DNA from: an uncultured delta proteobacterium
Lineage (GTDB): Bacteria > Desulfobacterota > Binatia > Binatales > Binataceae
Direction: 5' to 3'
Assembly (NCBI GenBank): GCA_963794325.1
Contig: CAWCDG010000004.1
Location: 288,001-352,000 of the forward strand
Length of the DNA: 64,000 nt
A program made the position numbers and the translations under genes. The notes beneath the pieces are model-generated. The model was given only the letters and a program-made list of their open reading frames with translations, was not told where the DNA came from and did not search any database. Shown one piece after another: positions 50,930 to 61,252 of the stretch (position 1 is its first letter; each line of letters opens with the position of its first letter).

Positions 50930-52060
50930 TCAGGGACAGTTGCGGGCCGCCCGATAGCCTTGCTGGTCTGCGGCTTCGCGGCTCGCAAACACGACACGAT
51001 TTTCGGGCGCCATCTTGTCGTAGGTGCCGCATCCGGGCCACGCGTAAATCCTGCTTCGTCGATTACCGACTATCTGGCCGACGAGATTGGTTTTCGTTGT
51101 CGAAGGAAGCTGGGCAACGACCGGATCCGGTGCGTGCGTCGCGTCGTTCGACGCAACCGGCTGGGTCCAGATTTCATTCAGCAGGCTGGCGAGCCTGAAT
51201 CCCGCTTTCGCAAGCTGATGGCCTGCGATCGTGTCGGCGTGGTCGAGATAAGCGGAGTCCAGCTCGAGGACATGGCCAAGAGGATTGATGCAGAGATCGG
51301 CAGTGGGTTGGCATGGCTCGATCGGGATCTGCAGGGCGCCGTAAATGTCGGTGCGCGCCACCTGATTCGATTCCCACGCAATCTGGTCGGCGGGAATCCA
51401 CGAATCAGCCTCCATCTCAGCCGCGTATGTTCGTTCCAACTTGTGGGCGGTGGTCTCGGGGCGTCCGGAATCGATGCTGTCCTCGAGACGGTGCACGACG
51501 GTGGTGTCCCAGACCGCGTGAAGCTCGTTTTCTCGATAATTCGAATCGACCTTCACACAGTTGCCACCACGATCGGCGTCGTTCGCGGCGTGGAGCGGCT
51601 GATGGATGTCACCGACAAAATGGATCAGGAACGCCAGGTCGCCGGCCGCGCCCCAGCGGTCGTACTTTCCGTCTTTGAGGCGCTTGGCGTATTCGTCGAT
51701 TTTCGCAGTGACGCAGTTTCCGCCGGGGCATCGCGCGGGAATGTCGGCTTGCCGGTCCTGCAGACAGATGTCGATGAAGTGCCACGGCGCGGTCATTTAT
51801 CCTGATCGCGAAACTCAGTGTCGGGACGGTTAGACGCCGCCTCCATCGCTTTTGCGATTGCTCTTTTGTCGGCTGATACGCCGAGGATGCTCGCCACATG
51901 ACTCTGCGCCGTCGGAACCAAGATGGTCCGCCGCAATGACCGCGACGATTTTGTGCCCGTCAGATCCCCAGGCCCACGCCGACACCGGGCAGAGAACGGC
52001 GATTGCGACAATGGCTACGGGAAGCGCCGATGAGTACGCGAATTGTCGCGGCACGTTCAA
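50930..52060 (-). CDS. Secreted S1/P1 nuclease with C-terminal Ada-like metal-binding domain; two frameshifts (about 51915 and 51795)
   Basis: Signal peptide + WGSDGHKIVA, WHFID, HFVGDIHQPLH, D.GGN and LH.VWD; tail GNRRSRIY..PGC...F.S...A...GYR; pieces are split across reading frames. Confidence 0.8.
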
Positions 52061-52470
52061 GCCGCGTGAGCCGCGCGGGGCTGTCGCAGATCGATGGTTA
52101 CCTGGATTTCGTCATAGGGCACGGTCGGCATTTGAGCCCTTCCCTTGCCGCCCTTCGCGCTCAACTTTACCAGACCCAGCCGTTCGAGCAGCGCGACGTC
52201 GGTACTGACGTTCTTGTAGTCACGATCAAGCAGGCTGGCGAGTTCGTTTACCGACGCCGGCCGATGGCGAGTGATCGCGAGCAGCAGTTCGAGTCGCTTC
52301 TCGGTAAGAATCTTTCGCAGCTCCGCGGCGGTTTCGAAATAGAGGCCGGCCTCTTCCGCCGCGCGGCCGCCGCGAACAACCCGCCGAAACGCATCGCGCA
52401 GCGCTTTGGATCGTTCAGCACTCGCGCGGACTCCGATATTAAGCCGCCGTGCGGTCATAGGTTGATCCAT
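52057..52470 (-). CDS. HVO_A0114-like winged-helix DNA-binding protein (antitoxin-type)
   Basis: LYFET..ELRKILTEKRLELL.AI...PASVNELA..L.RDYKNV..DV..L...GLV; start codon uncertain. Confidence 0.75.
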   Translation of the reverse strand: MDQPMTARRLNIGVRASAERSKALRDAFRRVVRGGRAAEEAGLYFETAAELRKILTEKRLELLLAITRHRPASVNELASLLDRDYKNVSTDVALLERLGLVKLSAKGGKGRAQMPTVPYDEIQVTIDLRQPRAAHAA

Positions 52471-52548
52471 TATGGCATCCAATGCCATAGAAGCAAACTA
52501 GAATGAATCGGCACTTTCAACTGAGCGCAGCTCAAATAGACTGATCCA

Positions 52549-52983
52549 ATGGCAATAGCTGCACTTGATCTCGGTCGCCGGCGGATTGGGGTTGCCGTCA
52601 CTGATGCGGCCGCGATGGGGGCGCATCCGATCGGCGTTGTCGAGCGGCGGGCGCTCAAGCATGACCTTGACGCGATCGCGGCGATGCTGCGGGATCGTCA
52701 GGTCAGCACGATCGTCGTCGGGTTGCCGCTCAATATGGACGGTAGCGAAGGTCCGGCTGCGCGCGGGGCGAAGAACTTTGCTGAACGGCTGGCGGAGGGG
52801 CTCGGCGTCACTGTCGAGATGTTCGACGAGCGGCTGACCAGCTTCGAAGCGCGCGAGCGTCTAGCGGACATGCCGGCGCGCAAAGGCACACGCAAGACCG
52901 GCCTCGACGCGCTCGCGGCGGTCGTTATCCTCGAAGGCTGGATGCAAGCGCATCCGGATAAAATCCCGAACACTCGCAGTTAG
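52549..52983 (+). CDS. ruvX: Holliday junction resolvase-like / pre-16S rRNA nuclease YqgF
   Basis: ALDLGRRRIGVA, VVGLPLNMDGS, DERLTS and DALAA..IL motifs. Confidence 0.95.
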   Translation: MAIAALDLGRRRIGVAVTDAAAMGAHPIGVVERRALKHDLDAIAAMLRDRQVSTIVVGLPLNMDGSEGPAARGAKNFAERLAEGLGVTVEMFDERLTSFEARERLADMPARKGTRKTGLDALAAVVILEGWMQAHPDKIPNTRS

Positions 52984-53000
52984 CCGCTCGCACTCGCCGG

Positions 53001-54557
53001 TCAGGCAACCTGGCGCGTCGGTTCGACTGCGGGCGCAGCCGGCGCCGCCGGTACGATCTCTTTCGGTATGCGCGCGATCAACTCGTGCAGCGCTTCCGTG
53101 ATTCGCGACTTCATGAAACCCACGTCCGGCATCAGGTTCGGCTCCGCAGTCAGCCCAATGTAGAGATTGCGGTTGTAGCTCAGGATCGCAACTCCGTAGC
53201 CGAGCGTTGCGGTGAGCGGAATCATCCCCACAGTTTCGGCCATCTGATGACCCGCCAGATAGACCGGCACCTGTGCACCCGGGACGTTGGTCGCGATAAA
53301 GTTGATGCCCGTGCCGACCATCGGCGCGAGACGCGCCAGTCGCGGCGCAGCGCCAGCGAGCCGCCCCGCCCCTTCGATAGCCGACGTCAACAAACGCGAA
53401 ACAACCCCGAGCGTTGCCGGCGGAACGTAGTCAAGTGCAGCCAGCAGATTCTCGAACGCGAGTGCCTCCTTGTTGGCCTTGATCTGCGTGGTCTCTTCGA
53501 TAACGGCCTTGAGCCGAGCGACCGCCGACATTGGCTGTGCGCTGAACTCGGGGAACATCATCGACACGCGGTTGCCAAGTTTTCCGTATTCGTCTTTCGC
53601 GCGGACATTCACGGGGCATCCAATTCTGAGCGGCCGCCCCTCGGTGGCGCATCCGTGGAATGCCAGATAGCGCGCTGCTCCTTCGCTCAGGAGAGCCAGC
53701 ACGACGTCGTTGACGGTGCCGCCGAAGGTATCGCGAATTCGCGCGACGTCACGGAGCGGAACTCGCAGCCACGCGATGTGGCGCGCACTGGTCACGGTCG
53801 CGGCATTCCATGGCGCCGCCACGATCGGCTGACCAAATCGACGGATGGTCTGCACTGCCGCGGCCGGCGCGGACACGTCCGCATCCAGATCGCGCAGATG
53901 CGAGATGGTACCGGCGGCGCGGCGCGCCAGCTCGATTCGCGATCGCGCGAAGTCGGTGAGCGCCGAGGCAACCCGTTCCCCGCGGCCCGGAGTCGGCGCC
54001 GCCCTCCAGGGCTCATCTGGAGGCGTCGGCGCGGGAGCATCCGGGCGTGTGCTCGTCGTCGCGGCGAGCAGTTCCATCCCTGAGATTCCATCGGCAAGAC
54101 AATGATGGATTTTGGTAACGATCGCGCTGTGTCCTCCCTTCAGTCCGTTGAACAAATGGAGTTCCCACAACGGCTTGTTGCGATCCAGCGGCTTTTCGCA
54201 GACCTGTGTCACGAGCTTCATCAACGCCGCCTCGGTCGAGTCAGGCGGCATCTCGTGGCAGAAGAGGTGATTGGCAAGGTCAAAGCCGGGGTCGTCTTCG
54301 AGGCTCGGATGAACGAGGTTGAGGGGCGCGAATACGATGCGCTGGCGATAGCGCGGCAGCAGATGCATCCGCGCTTCCATGTGTGCGCGCAGGCTCTTGA
54401 AGTCGATATGGCTGCGGAACGTGGCTAGCATCGCCATCGTCAGCGGCCCATTAGCCGCCTCGCCGTAGAGAAACGATGCGTCCTGAGTGCTGAGCCGAAC
54501 AGATTCCTTGGATGGTGCCATAACGGCTTTCCTCGGCGGCGAGCCTCGCGCCGCCAT
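53001..54557 (-). CDS. Wax ester synthase/diacylglycerol acyltransferase (WS/DGAT)
   Basis: RLS.QDASFL, LDR.KPLWE, HHCLADG active site, TVNDVVLA, GNRVS and TNVPG. Confidence 0.95.
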   Translation of the reverse strand: MAARGSPPRKAVMAPSKESVRLSTQDASFLYGEAANGPLTMAMLATFRSHIDFKSLRAHMEARMHLLPRYRQRIVFAPLNLVHPSLEDDPGFDLANHLFCHEMPPDSTEAALMKLVTQVCEKPLDRNKPLWELHLFNGLKGGHSAIVTKIHHCLADGISGMELLAATTSTRPDAPAPTPPDEPWRAAPTPGRGERVASALTDFARSRIELARRAAGTISHLRDLDADVSAPAAAVQTIRRFGQPIVAAPWNAATVTSARHIAWLRVPLRDVARIRDTFGGTVNDVVLALLSEGAARYLAFHGCATEGRPLRIGCPVNVRAKDEYGKLGNRVSMMFPEFSAQPMSAVARLKAVIEETTQIKANKEALAFENLLAALDYVPPATLGVVSRLLTSAIEGAGRLAGAAPRLARLAPMVGTGINFIATNVPGAQVPVYLAGHQMAETVGMIPLTATLGYGVAILSYNRNLYIGLTAEPNLMPDVGFMKSRITEALHELIARIPKEIVPAAPAAPAVEPTRQVA

Positions 54558-54612
54558 CTCGCGACAGGGTCCGCGAGCGCGCGATTAACTTTTTTGGTTC
54601 TGAATTGAGAGA

Positions 54613-54628
54613 CGCAAGAGCCACGCCA
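54613..54628 (-). promoter_or_regulatory. Candidate sigma54 promoter of WS/DGAT
   Basis: Minus strand TGGCGT-GGCTC-TTGCG with GG-N10-GC spacing, 55 bp before the ATG. Confidence 0.55.
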
Positions 54629-54825
54629 AGCGCATCGCCGGACGGAAAATGAATCAAGAGAAAAATGAATCGGTAATGATTGGGTCTTTAGAGTATCAAC
54701 GCGATGCGCGCCGCACCCGCCGCAAGCTCATGTGGTTCCGAAGGTAACAGCGTGTCGCCGATCGAGCCATCTTAAATTCGGGACACTGACGGAATATCGC
54801 TCCTTCAAATATAATTTGGAATGCA

Positions 54826-55842
54826 ATGAAGCGCGCGACGACAGTTCTCGTGATCGTAATCCTTGTCGGCGGAGCGTACGCTGCGGCCTCGTACTTCTTT
54901 CTGAGTCCTACCGAGAAATTTGCGCCGCCGCGCGAAGTCACGATTGAAAAGGGCGAGTCGTTTCGGCAGATCGCGCGGGCTCTCGCTGACGCCGGCGTCG
55001 TGCGGAGCGAGCTTGCGCTGCGTCTATACGGCCGGATGAGCGGGACTGCGAGTCAGATCAAACCGGGCGACTATGCGTTCAAAGGCGAAGAGCGGATTCC
55101 CGACGTGATGCGCCATCTGGTCAAGGGCGATTTTATCGTCGTGACGGTTACGATTCCGGAGGGGCTGTCGGTGCATGAGATCGCGGAGCGGATGGCTGCG
55201 ACCGGCCTGGTCTGCCAGGACGAATTCGAGAATGCGGCGCGCGACGGGCCGATGGTGCGCGCGCTTGGCCTGATGCCGCTCGGTGCGGAAGGTTACCTGT
55301 TCCCCGCGACCTACAAATTTTCGCCGCACGCGAAGACCGACGACGTGCTCGCCGCGATGCTCGCGCGGTTCTACCAGGTCCTGACGCCGCAGGTTGAGCA
55401 GCGGATGTTCGCGGTCGGTCTCGACGCCCGCCGGCTGGTCACGATGGCCTCGATCGTCGAGAAAGAAGCGAAGGCGCCCGAGGAGCGGCCGCTGATCGCG
55501 GGTGTCTTCTACAATCGGCTGCGGCTTGGGATGCCGCTGCAATCCGATCCGACGGCGGAGTATGAACTTGACGGCGCCAAGGAGTCGGCCGTGTCCGCGG
55601 TCCATACCACGTCGGCCTTCAACACCTACGACTTCACCGGCTTGCCACCGGGGCCGATCGCGAATCCCGGGTTGAAATCAATCGAGGCCGCGCTGAATCC
55701 GACGCCGACCGACTATCTCTATTTTGTGGCGCGCGAAGGCGGCACTCACGTTTTTTCGAAATCATACGACCAGCATCGCCACGCGATCGCGCTGGAACGG
55801 AAACCGCCGGCTGCCAAGCCTGCCACAACATCAGCAAAATAA
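54826..55842 (+). CDS. mltG: Endolytic transglycosylase MltG
   Basis: TIPEG, EGYLFPATY, ASIVEKE, GMPLQSDPT, GLPPGPIANPG and YLYFV motifs. Confidence 0.96.
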   Translation: MKRATTVLVIVILVGGAYAAASYFFLSPTEKFAPPREVTIEKGESFRQIARALADAGVVRSELALRLYGRMSGTASQIKPGDYAFKGEERIPDVMRHLVKGDFIVVTVTIPEGLSVHEIAERMAATGLVCQDEFENAARDGPMVRALGLMPLGAEGYLFPATYKFSPHAKTDDVLAAMLARFYQVLTPQVEQRMFAVGLDARRLVTMASIVEKEAKAPEERPLIAGVFYNRLRLGMPLQSDPTAEYELDGAKESAVSAVHTTSAFNTYDFTGLPPGPIANPGLKSIEAALNPTPTDYLYFVAREGGTHVFSKSYDQHRHAIALERKPPAAKPATTSAK

Positions 55843-55916
55843 AGTGCTGGATATGCACTTTGGGACCGCCGATTGGACGGTCGCATCTGCGTCGAGTACG
55901 CTATAATTTCTATTCT

Positions 55917-57488
55917 GTGGACAACCCGGTCGAGACAATCGGCGCTGCCAGTGCGCGAATCGCGCGGCTAGCCGCAATGCGCGTGATGCTGTGCGCGGTC
56001 GCGCCGGCGCTCACCGCGATCGCGCTGGGAGCGCTGCTGGAGCCAATCGGCGACCTGACGTGGGCGCGCTACGGATATTCGTTGGCGCCCGATCGCGCCA
56101 CCGAGCTGAGCATCGCGTTGATCGGCGCGGGCCTGGTGGTGCTGGCAGTTGGATTGGTGATGGCATTTCGGGCGTACCGGCGGGCCGACGACTTCGTTGC
56201 GGCCGCTGCGGAGCTCGACGATCTGCTCGAATGCAATCAGGAGATCGTGACGTTCGCCACACTCGCTAATCCGTCAGCGCCGGAGAGCAGCCGTGCAGGG
56301 CGCACGCCCCTGTTCCCGATTCTGTGGCGTCGAGCGATCGCACTGTTCGGCGGCCTGGACGTGCGCCGCGAGTTCAGACTCGAAGTCGGCGAGCCGCTCA
56401 GGCGCTCCTCGATTTTTGCCGGCGTGGTCGCGCTCGCGATGGTGCTGGCGACGTTGGGATTGGTGCGGGCGCCTACGCCAGAAAATAGAGCAGCCGCAAA
56501 GCTGCGCGCGATCGCACAGGAGATAGCCAAGACCGCGACCAGTTCCGACGATACCGCTCTCGCGGACAAGATTCGCGCAGCAGCCGACGCGCTGGAAAAT
56601 TCCAAGCTGCCGCCCGAAGAGAAGAAGGCGCGCATCGAGGAAGCGATGCGGCAGGCTGAGAAGGCCGCTGAAAAACGGAACAACAGTCAGTCTGGAAAGA
56701 ATCAGGGTACCGGCAACTCCAACTCGCAGGCTGGGAAGGGCAGCGGCAACAGCAAGGGCCAGGGCAACTCCTCAGGTACCGGCACCGGCGAGGGCAAGGC
56801 CGGGACCGGCGCCGGTCAGAATGCGGGCGGCAATAACCCGGGCCCGGGCAAAGGTGGCACGGCCAACAATTCAGGCAAAAACGACGGCGAAAAGGGATCG
56901 GCGAAGAACGATAAGAACAATCAGAACAAGAGCGATCAGAACATCAAGCTGCAGGACGAACTCGCCAAAGCCGAAGCGCAAGTCGAGACCGCCAACGCAA
57001 AGAATCCCGGTCCTGAGAGCAAGCCGGGCGACGACAAGAATCAGGGCGGCGCGAACAAGCCTGGCGACAAGTCCAATCAGAACAGCGGCAGCCAGCCGGA
57101 TCCGAATCGACCCGGCGACATTCCTAAGCCCGGCGCCAACGGCGATCGTAATACTCCCGCGGCGGGAGGAAATCCGAAGAACAACCAGGACATGGGCTCG
57201 AACATGGGCGATACGCATCTTGGCGAGATGCCGACGTCCACCAATGCGCAGCGCTTCCTGAAGCCCGGCGAGAAGGGCGCTGGCGTCGATATCAAGGATG
57301 CGCGTTACGTCATGTTTCGGATTCCGGGCGCGCCCGCTTCCGCTAGCGGAGGGAAAACGGTACTCGACACCGATCGGCCCAAGGCGACGACGGCATACGT
57401 CAATGCTCCGCTTGCGCCGACCAGCGACAACGCGCCGCCCGACGAGCGACAACTGGTGCCACCGCGCTACCGGGACATGATTCACTAG
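55917..57488 (+). CDS. Membrane protein with coiled coil and long Gly/Asn/Lys-rich disordered tail (MoxR-cluster associated)
   Basis: Three TM segments, helical region, low-complexity tail and C-terminal VPPRYRD; start codon uncertain. Confidence 0.7.
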   Translation: MDNPVETIGAASARIARLAAMRVMLCAVAPALTAIALGALLEPIGDLTWARYGYSLAPDRATELSIALIGAGLVVLAVGLVMAFRAYRRADDFVAAAAELDDLLECNQEIVTFATLANPSAPESSRAGRTPLFPILWRRAIALFGGLDVRREFRLEVGEPLRRSSIFAGVVALAMVLATLGLVRAPTPENRAAAKLRAIAQEIAKTATSSDDTALADKIRAAADALENSKLPPEEKKARIEEAMRQAEKAAEKRNNSQSGKNQGTGNSNSQAGKGSGNSKGQGNSSGTGTGEGKAGTGAGQNAGGNNPGPGKGGTANNSGKNDGEKGSAKNDKNNQNKSDQNIKLQDELAKAEAQVETANAKNPGPESKPGDDKNQGGANKPGDKSNQNSGSQPDPNRPGDIPKPGANGDRNTPAAGGNPKNNQDMGSNMGDTHLGEMPTSTNAQRFLKPGEKGAGVDIKDARYVMFRIPGAPASASGGKTVLDTDRPKATTAYVNAPLAPTSDNAPPDERQLVPPRYRDMIH

Positions 57489-57512
57489 ATTCACGATAAG
57501 GAAGGACAACGG

Positions 57513-58532
57513 ATGGGAGCGGCTCCTCAGCAAATTTCACCCGATCAGCGGGTCGCGGATTTTCGCAAGGTCTTCTCGCGCGCCGAGAGCGAAGTCGCGC
57601 GCGTAATCGTCGGCCATCGCGAGGTCGTGAGAAAACTGCTGACCGCGCTGTTTTGCGGCGGCCATATTTTGATCGAAGGCGTGCCCGGATTGGGCAAGAC
57701 CCTGATGGTCAAGGCGGCTAGCGAGACGCTCGGACTCAGCTTCAAGCGAATCCAGTTCACGCCCGACCTGATGCCCTCGGATATCATCGGTACGCAGGTG
57801 CTGACCGAGGCCGAAGGGCATCGCGAGTTCCAGTTCAAGGAGGGCCCGATCTTCGCGCACATGGTGCTCGGCGACGAGATCAATCGCGCGACTCCGAAGA
57901 CGCAGTCGGCCGTGCTCGAGGCGATGGAGGAGCATCAGGTCACTGTTTTCGGCACCACCTACATCCTCGAACCGCCGTATATCGTGCTGGCGACGCAAAA
58001 TCCGATCGAACTCGAAGGAACCTATCCGCTGCCCGAAGCGCAGATGGATCGGTTCATCTTCAAAGTCGTGATGGGATCGCCTAAGCCCGACGAATTGCGT
58101 GAAATCCTCAACCGCACCACCGGCACCGCGCAGAACAAGATCCAGCCGCTGTTCGATCAAGCGCACGCGCCGCGGGCAATCGAGGATCTCAAGGCGCTGG
58201 TGCGCGAAGTGATGGTGGCGGAGCCGCTCGAGCGGTACATCATCAGCGTGATCGGCGGATGCACTCCCGGGGGCCCCGGCGCGATTCCCGAGGTCTCGCA
58301 ATATCTGCGCTTCGGGCCGAGTCCGCGCGGTGCGCAAGCGCTGATTCTATGCGCCAAGGTTAATGCCTTGCTCGCGGGCCGCGTAAGCGTGGGCTACGAC
58401 GATATCGACGACGCGATCGTCCCGTGCCTGCGCCATCGCCTGCTGCTCAACTTCCAGGCCGAAGCCGAGAGCGTCACTTCCGAATCGATCCTCGAGCAGG
58501 TGATAAAGCGGCTCAAGAAGCCGCGCACGTAG
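57513..58532 (+). CDS. MoxR family AAA+ ATPase
   Basis: EGVPGLGKT, RIQFTPDLMPSD, DEINRA.PKTQSA and ATQNPIE.EGTYPLPEAQ.DRF motifs. Confidence 0.96.
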   Translation: MGAAPQQISPDQRVADFRKVFSRAESEVARVIVGHREVVRKLLTALFCGGHILIEGVPGLGKTLMVKAASETLGLSFKRIQFTPDLMPSDIIGTQVLTEAEGHREFQFKEGPIFAHMVLGDEINRATPKTQSAVLEAMEEHQVTVFGTTYILEPPYIVLATQNPIELEGTYPLPEAQMDRFIFKVVMGSPKPDELREILNRTTGTAQNKIQPLFDQAHAPRAIEDLKALVREVMVAEPLERYIISVIGGCTPGGPGAIPEVSQYLRFGPSPRGAQALILCAKVNALLAGRVSVGYDDIDDAIVPCLRHRLLLNFQAEAESVTSESILEQVIKRLKKPRT

Positions 58533-58534
58533 CA

Positions 58535-59434
58535 ATGTTCGGATTGCCGGACGAGTTTACGCCGGGATTTCTTGCCCGGCTCGAAAAGCTCAGGATTAGA
58601 ACCCGGCAGCGATATGCCGGGCTGGGCCGCGGCATGCACTTGTCGCCCAAGCGCGGATCGTCGCTCGAGTTCAACGACTATCGCCATTACTCGCCCGGCG
58701 ACGACTTCCGCTACATCGATTGGGGACTGTACGGGCGCAGCGACAAACTCTACATCAAGCTGTTTCAGGAAGAGGAAGACCTGCTCACGTACATCTTCGT
58801 CGATGCGAGCGCGTCGATGGGCTATCCGGCGGGTGACCGCAAGTTCGAATCCGCGATGCTGACGGCGCTGGCGCTCGCGTACGTCGCGCTCGCGAGTGGC
58901 GATCGCGTGATGCTGCGGGTGCTCGGCGGCAAGGGCACCAAGGTGAATCCGTCGTTCGTCAACGGGCGGCATCGAATCGTCGAGCTCGCGCGACGTCTCC
59001 AGGATCTCAAGCCCGGCGGGCAGTTCGATTTCGCGACCTCGCTCGCGACCGAGCTGCTCTCGATTCGGCGCGCCGGCAAGGTGTTTATCGTTTCCGACTT
59101 TCTGATGCTGCTCAACTCGGTCACGAAAGGGCTGGGGATGTTCACCGCCGCCTCGATGGACCTTACCGCCGTGCAGATTCTTGGCGGGCGCGAGCTCAAC
59201 GGACAAGGACTCTCGGGCGACGTCGAGGTGATCGATTCCGAATCGGGGGAGCGGCTGCGTGTATCGATTGGCGAACGCGAGCGCACGCAATATCGCGAGA
59301 CGATGCTCCGGCTGACGCGCGAAATTAAATCGTTCTGCCTCAAGCGCGGGCTGCATTACTCGCTCTACACCACCGACAACGACTTCCAGCAGTTCTTCGT
59401 CCGCGCGGTGCGGGACCTCGGCCTGGCGCACTGA
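58535..59434 (+). CDS. DUF58 domain protein
   Basis: G.SLEF.DYR.Y.PGDD.R.IDW, VDASASM and VSDF motifs. Confidence 0.93.
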   Translation: MFGLPDEFTPGFLARLEKLRIRTRQRYAGLGRGMHLSPKRGSSLEFNDYRHYSPGDDFRYIDWGLYGRSDKLYIKLFQEEEDLLTYIFVDASASMGYPAGDRKFESAMLTALALAYVALASGDRVMLRVLGGKGTKVNPSFVNGRHRIVELARRLQDLKPGGQFDFATSLATELLSIRRAGKVFIVSDFLMLLNSVTKGLGMFTAASMDLTAVQILGGRELNGQGLSGDVEVIDSESGERLRVSIGERERTQYRETMLRLTREIKSFCLKRGLHYSLYTTDNDFQQFFVRAVRDLGLAH

Positions 59435-59443
59435 AGAAATCCG

Positions 59444-61252
59444 ATGGGACTCCTCTATCCAGGCGCGCTCGCATTTTTCGCCCTCGTACCGATCCTCGTG
59501 CTCGCATATCTCGCCAAAGAGCGGCCGTCGCGGGTGACGGTCTCCAGCGTGCTGGCATTTCGGGCGCTGCGCGGTTTTCGGCGCGAGCGTTTCGGTGGAT
59601 GGCCACGGCTGGATTGGATGTTCTTCGCCGAGGTTTTGATCCTGAGTCTCGTGGTACTCGCGCTGGCGGGTCCGTTCATCTGGAAACGAACCGCGCCGCT
59701 GGCCGTCGTGATCGACAATTCCGCCGCGATGCAGGCGCTGACGCCTTCGGGCAAGAGCCGTTTCGATATCGCGCGCGAAAAGCTCGACGCCGAGTTGTCG
59801 GCCGAAAATGGCGGCGGCGAAATTTCCGTTTATGTTACCGCGCCGCAGCCGCGTCGCGTCGCGCCGCCATTCACGACGCTGACCGAAGCGCGCCTCGCAC
59901 TGTCGCGAATCAAGCCTACCGACGCGCCTAACGATCAAACCACGCTCGAGAACTTTCTCAGCAACCTCGCGTCGGAAGCGCGCGTTGCGAAGGTGATTTT
60001 TGCGGGCTCCAACGCGCTCGCTGCGCCGGTCCCTGCGCGGATTCATCCGATTGCGGTCGGCGACGCGGTTGCGAATGCCGCGATTGGATCGTTCACACTG
60101 AGGCGCGAAGTCATTGGCGCGGAAGCACTTCATGCGAGTCTGACAATTGCCAACTTCAGTCCTCAAATGCGCACGCTCGACCTCGTCGTGACTGGCGACG
60201 GCAAAACAGTCGCTCACGCCAGGGAGGCGCTCGGCGCGCGCGAGACTGCGACGCTCGAATTCCCCGCGATCCCGCCCGCGCGAATCTACGAGGCGAAACT
60301 CGCGCCCGACGACGCGCTCGCACTCGACAACGTTGCGTACGCCACAGCTGGCTCCGTCAAGAACGTGTCGATTCTTTTCATCAGTCCGACGCCCGCCGAT
60401 TCTGACGGACTGAATTCGATTCCCGGCGTCGCGGTTACCGCAAAGAATCCCGATTCATACTCGCCTGACGAGCTCGGCAACTACGATCTCGCGATTTTTG
60501 AGTACGCAACGCCCAAGGAATTGCCGGCCGTGAACACGATGCTCGTGATGCCGCCGCCGGGCGATCCCGTTTTCGGATTGAGTGTAACGCCGACCGCGAA
60601 AGTCGAGATTGCCGGATGGCACACCACCGACACGCTCACCGACTCGGTGAATTTCCGGCTGCTCAGTCTGCGCGGCGGCGAATATTTCGGGACTCATCCG
60701 TGGATGAGCCAGGTGGTCGGCGGCGACGGCGGCGCGCTGCTGCTGAAGGGCGAGCGCGGCGGGCATCGTTTCGTCGCGACTGGCTTCAATCCGTTCCCAT
60801 ATCTGGGGAAGCGCAACCTTCCGATGTCGGTGCTGACGCTCAACGCGATCAGCTACTTGGCAGGATTAGGCTCGAGCAGCGGCGGCTATCGGACGGGGCA
60901 GCCGTGGCTGGTGCCGGCGGGTGTCAAGCGCGTGATACTACCGTCGGGAAAAAAGAAGGCGGCGCATCCCGGCACGCTCTTCACCGACGTCTCACAGCAG
61001 GGAGTGTATGAACTGGCCGGTCCGGGCAGCGCACAGACGCCGCGCGCGGTGAATCTCGCCGACCTGACCGAGTCCGATCTCTCGAGCTTGCCGCTGCTCA
61101 AAGTCGAAGCGGCAAATTCAGGCTCTGCCGCCGAGCCGTTAATGGAGAAGTCGTCGCTCAGCGATTACCTGCTCCTCGCGATTATCGCGCTGACGGCTCT
61201 GGAAGCGCTCATCGTCTATCGACGCCGCCGAATCATCGAGGCCGCGCCGTGA
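59444..61252 (+). CDS. BatA domain + vWA domain membrane protein
   Basis: N-terminal BatA-like double TM, DNSAAM MIDAS-like motif, D.L..DN and C-terminal TM. Confidence 0.8.
   Translation: MGLLYPGALAFFALVPILVLAYLAKERPSRVTVSSVLAFRALRGFRRERFGGWPRLDWMFFAEVLILSLVVLALAGPFIWKRTAPLAVVIDNSAAMQALTPSGKSRFDIAREKLDAELSAENGGGEISVYVTAPQPRRVAPPFTTLTEARLALSRIKPTDAPNDQTTLENFLSNLASEARVAKVIFAGSNALAAPVPARIHPIAVGDAVANAAIGSFTLRREVIGAEALHASLTIANFSPQMRTLDLVVTGDGKTVAHAREALGARETATLEFPAIPPARIYEAKLAPDDALALDNVAYATAGSVKNVSILFISPTPADSDGLNSIPGVAVTAKNPDSYSPDELGNYDLAIFEYATPKELPAVNTMLVMPPPGDPVFGLSVTPTAKVEIAGWHTTDTLTDSVNFRLLSLRGGEYFGTHPWMSQVVGGDGGALLLKGERGGHRFVATGFNPFPYLGKRNLPMSVLTLNAISYLAGLGSSSGGYRTGQPWLVPAGVKRVILPSGKKKAAHPGTLFTDVSQQGVYELAGPGSAQTPRAVNLADLTESDLSSLPLLKVEAANSGSAAEPLMEKSSLSDYLLLAIIALTALEALIVYRRRRIIEAAP

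Noticed and set aside
56690-57230. Low-complexity GGC/AAC/AAG-rich DNA
   Set aside because: Fully explained by the Gly/Asn/Lys-rich protein tail; no exact tandem periodicity seen.
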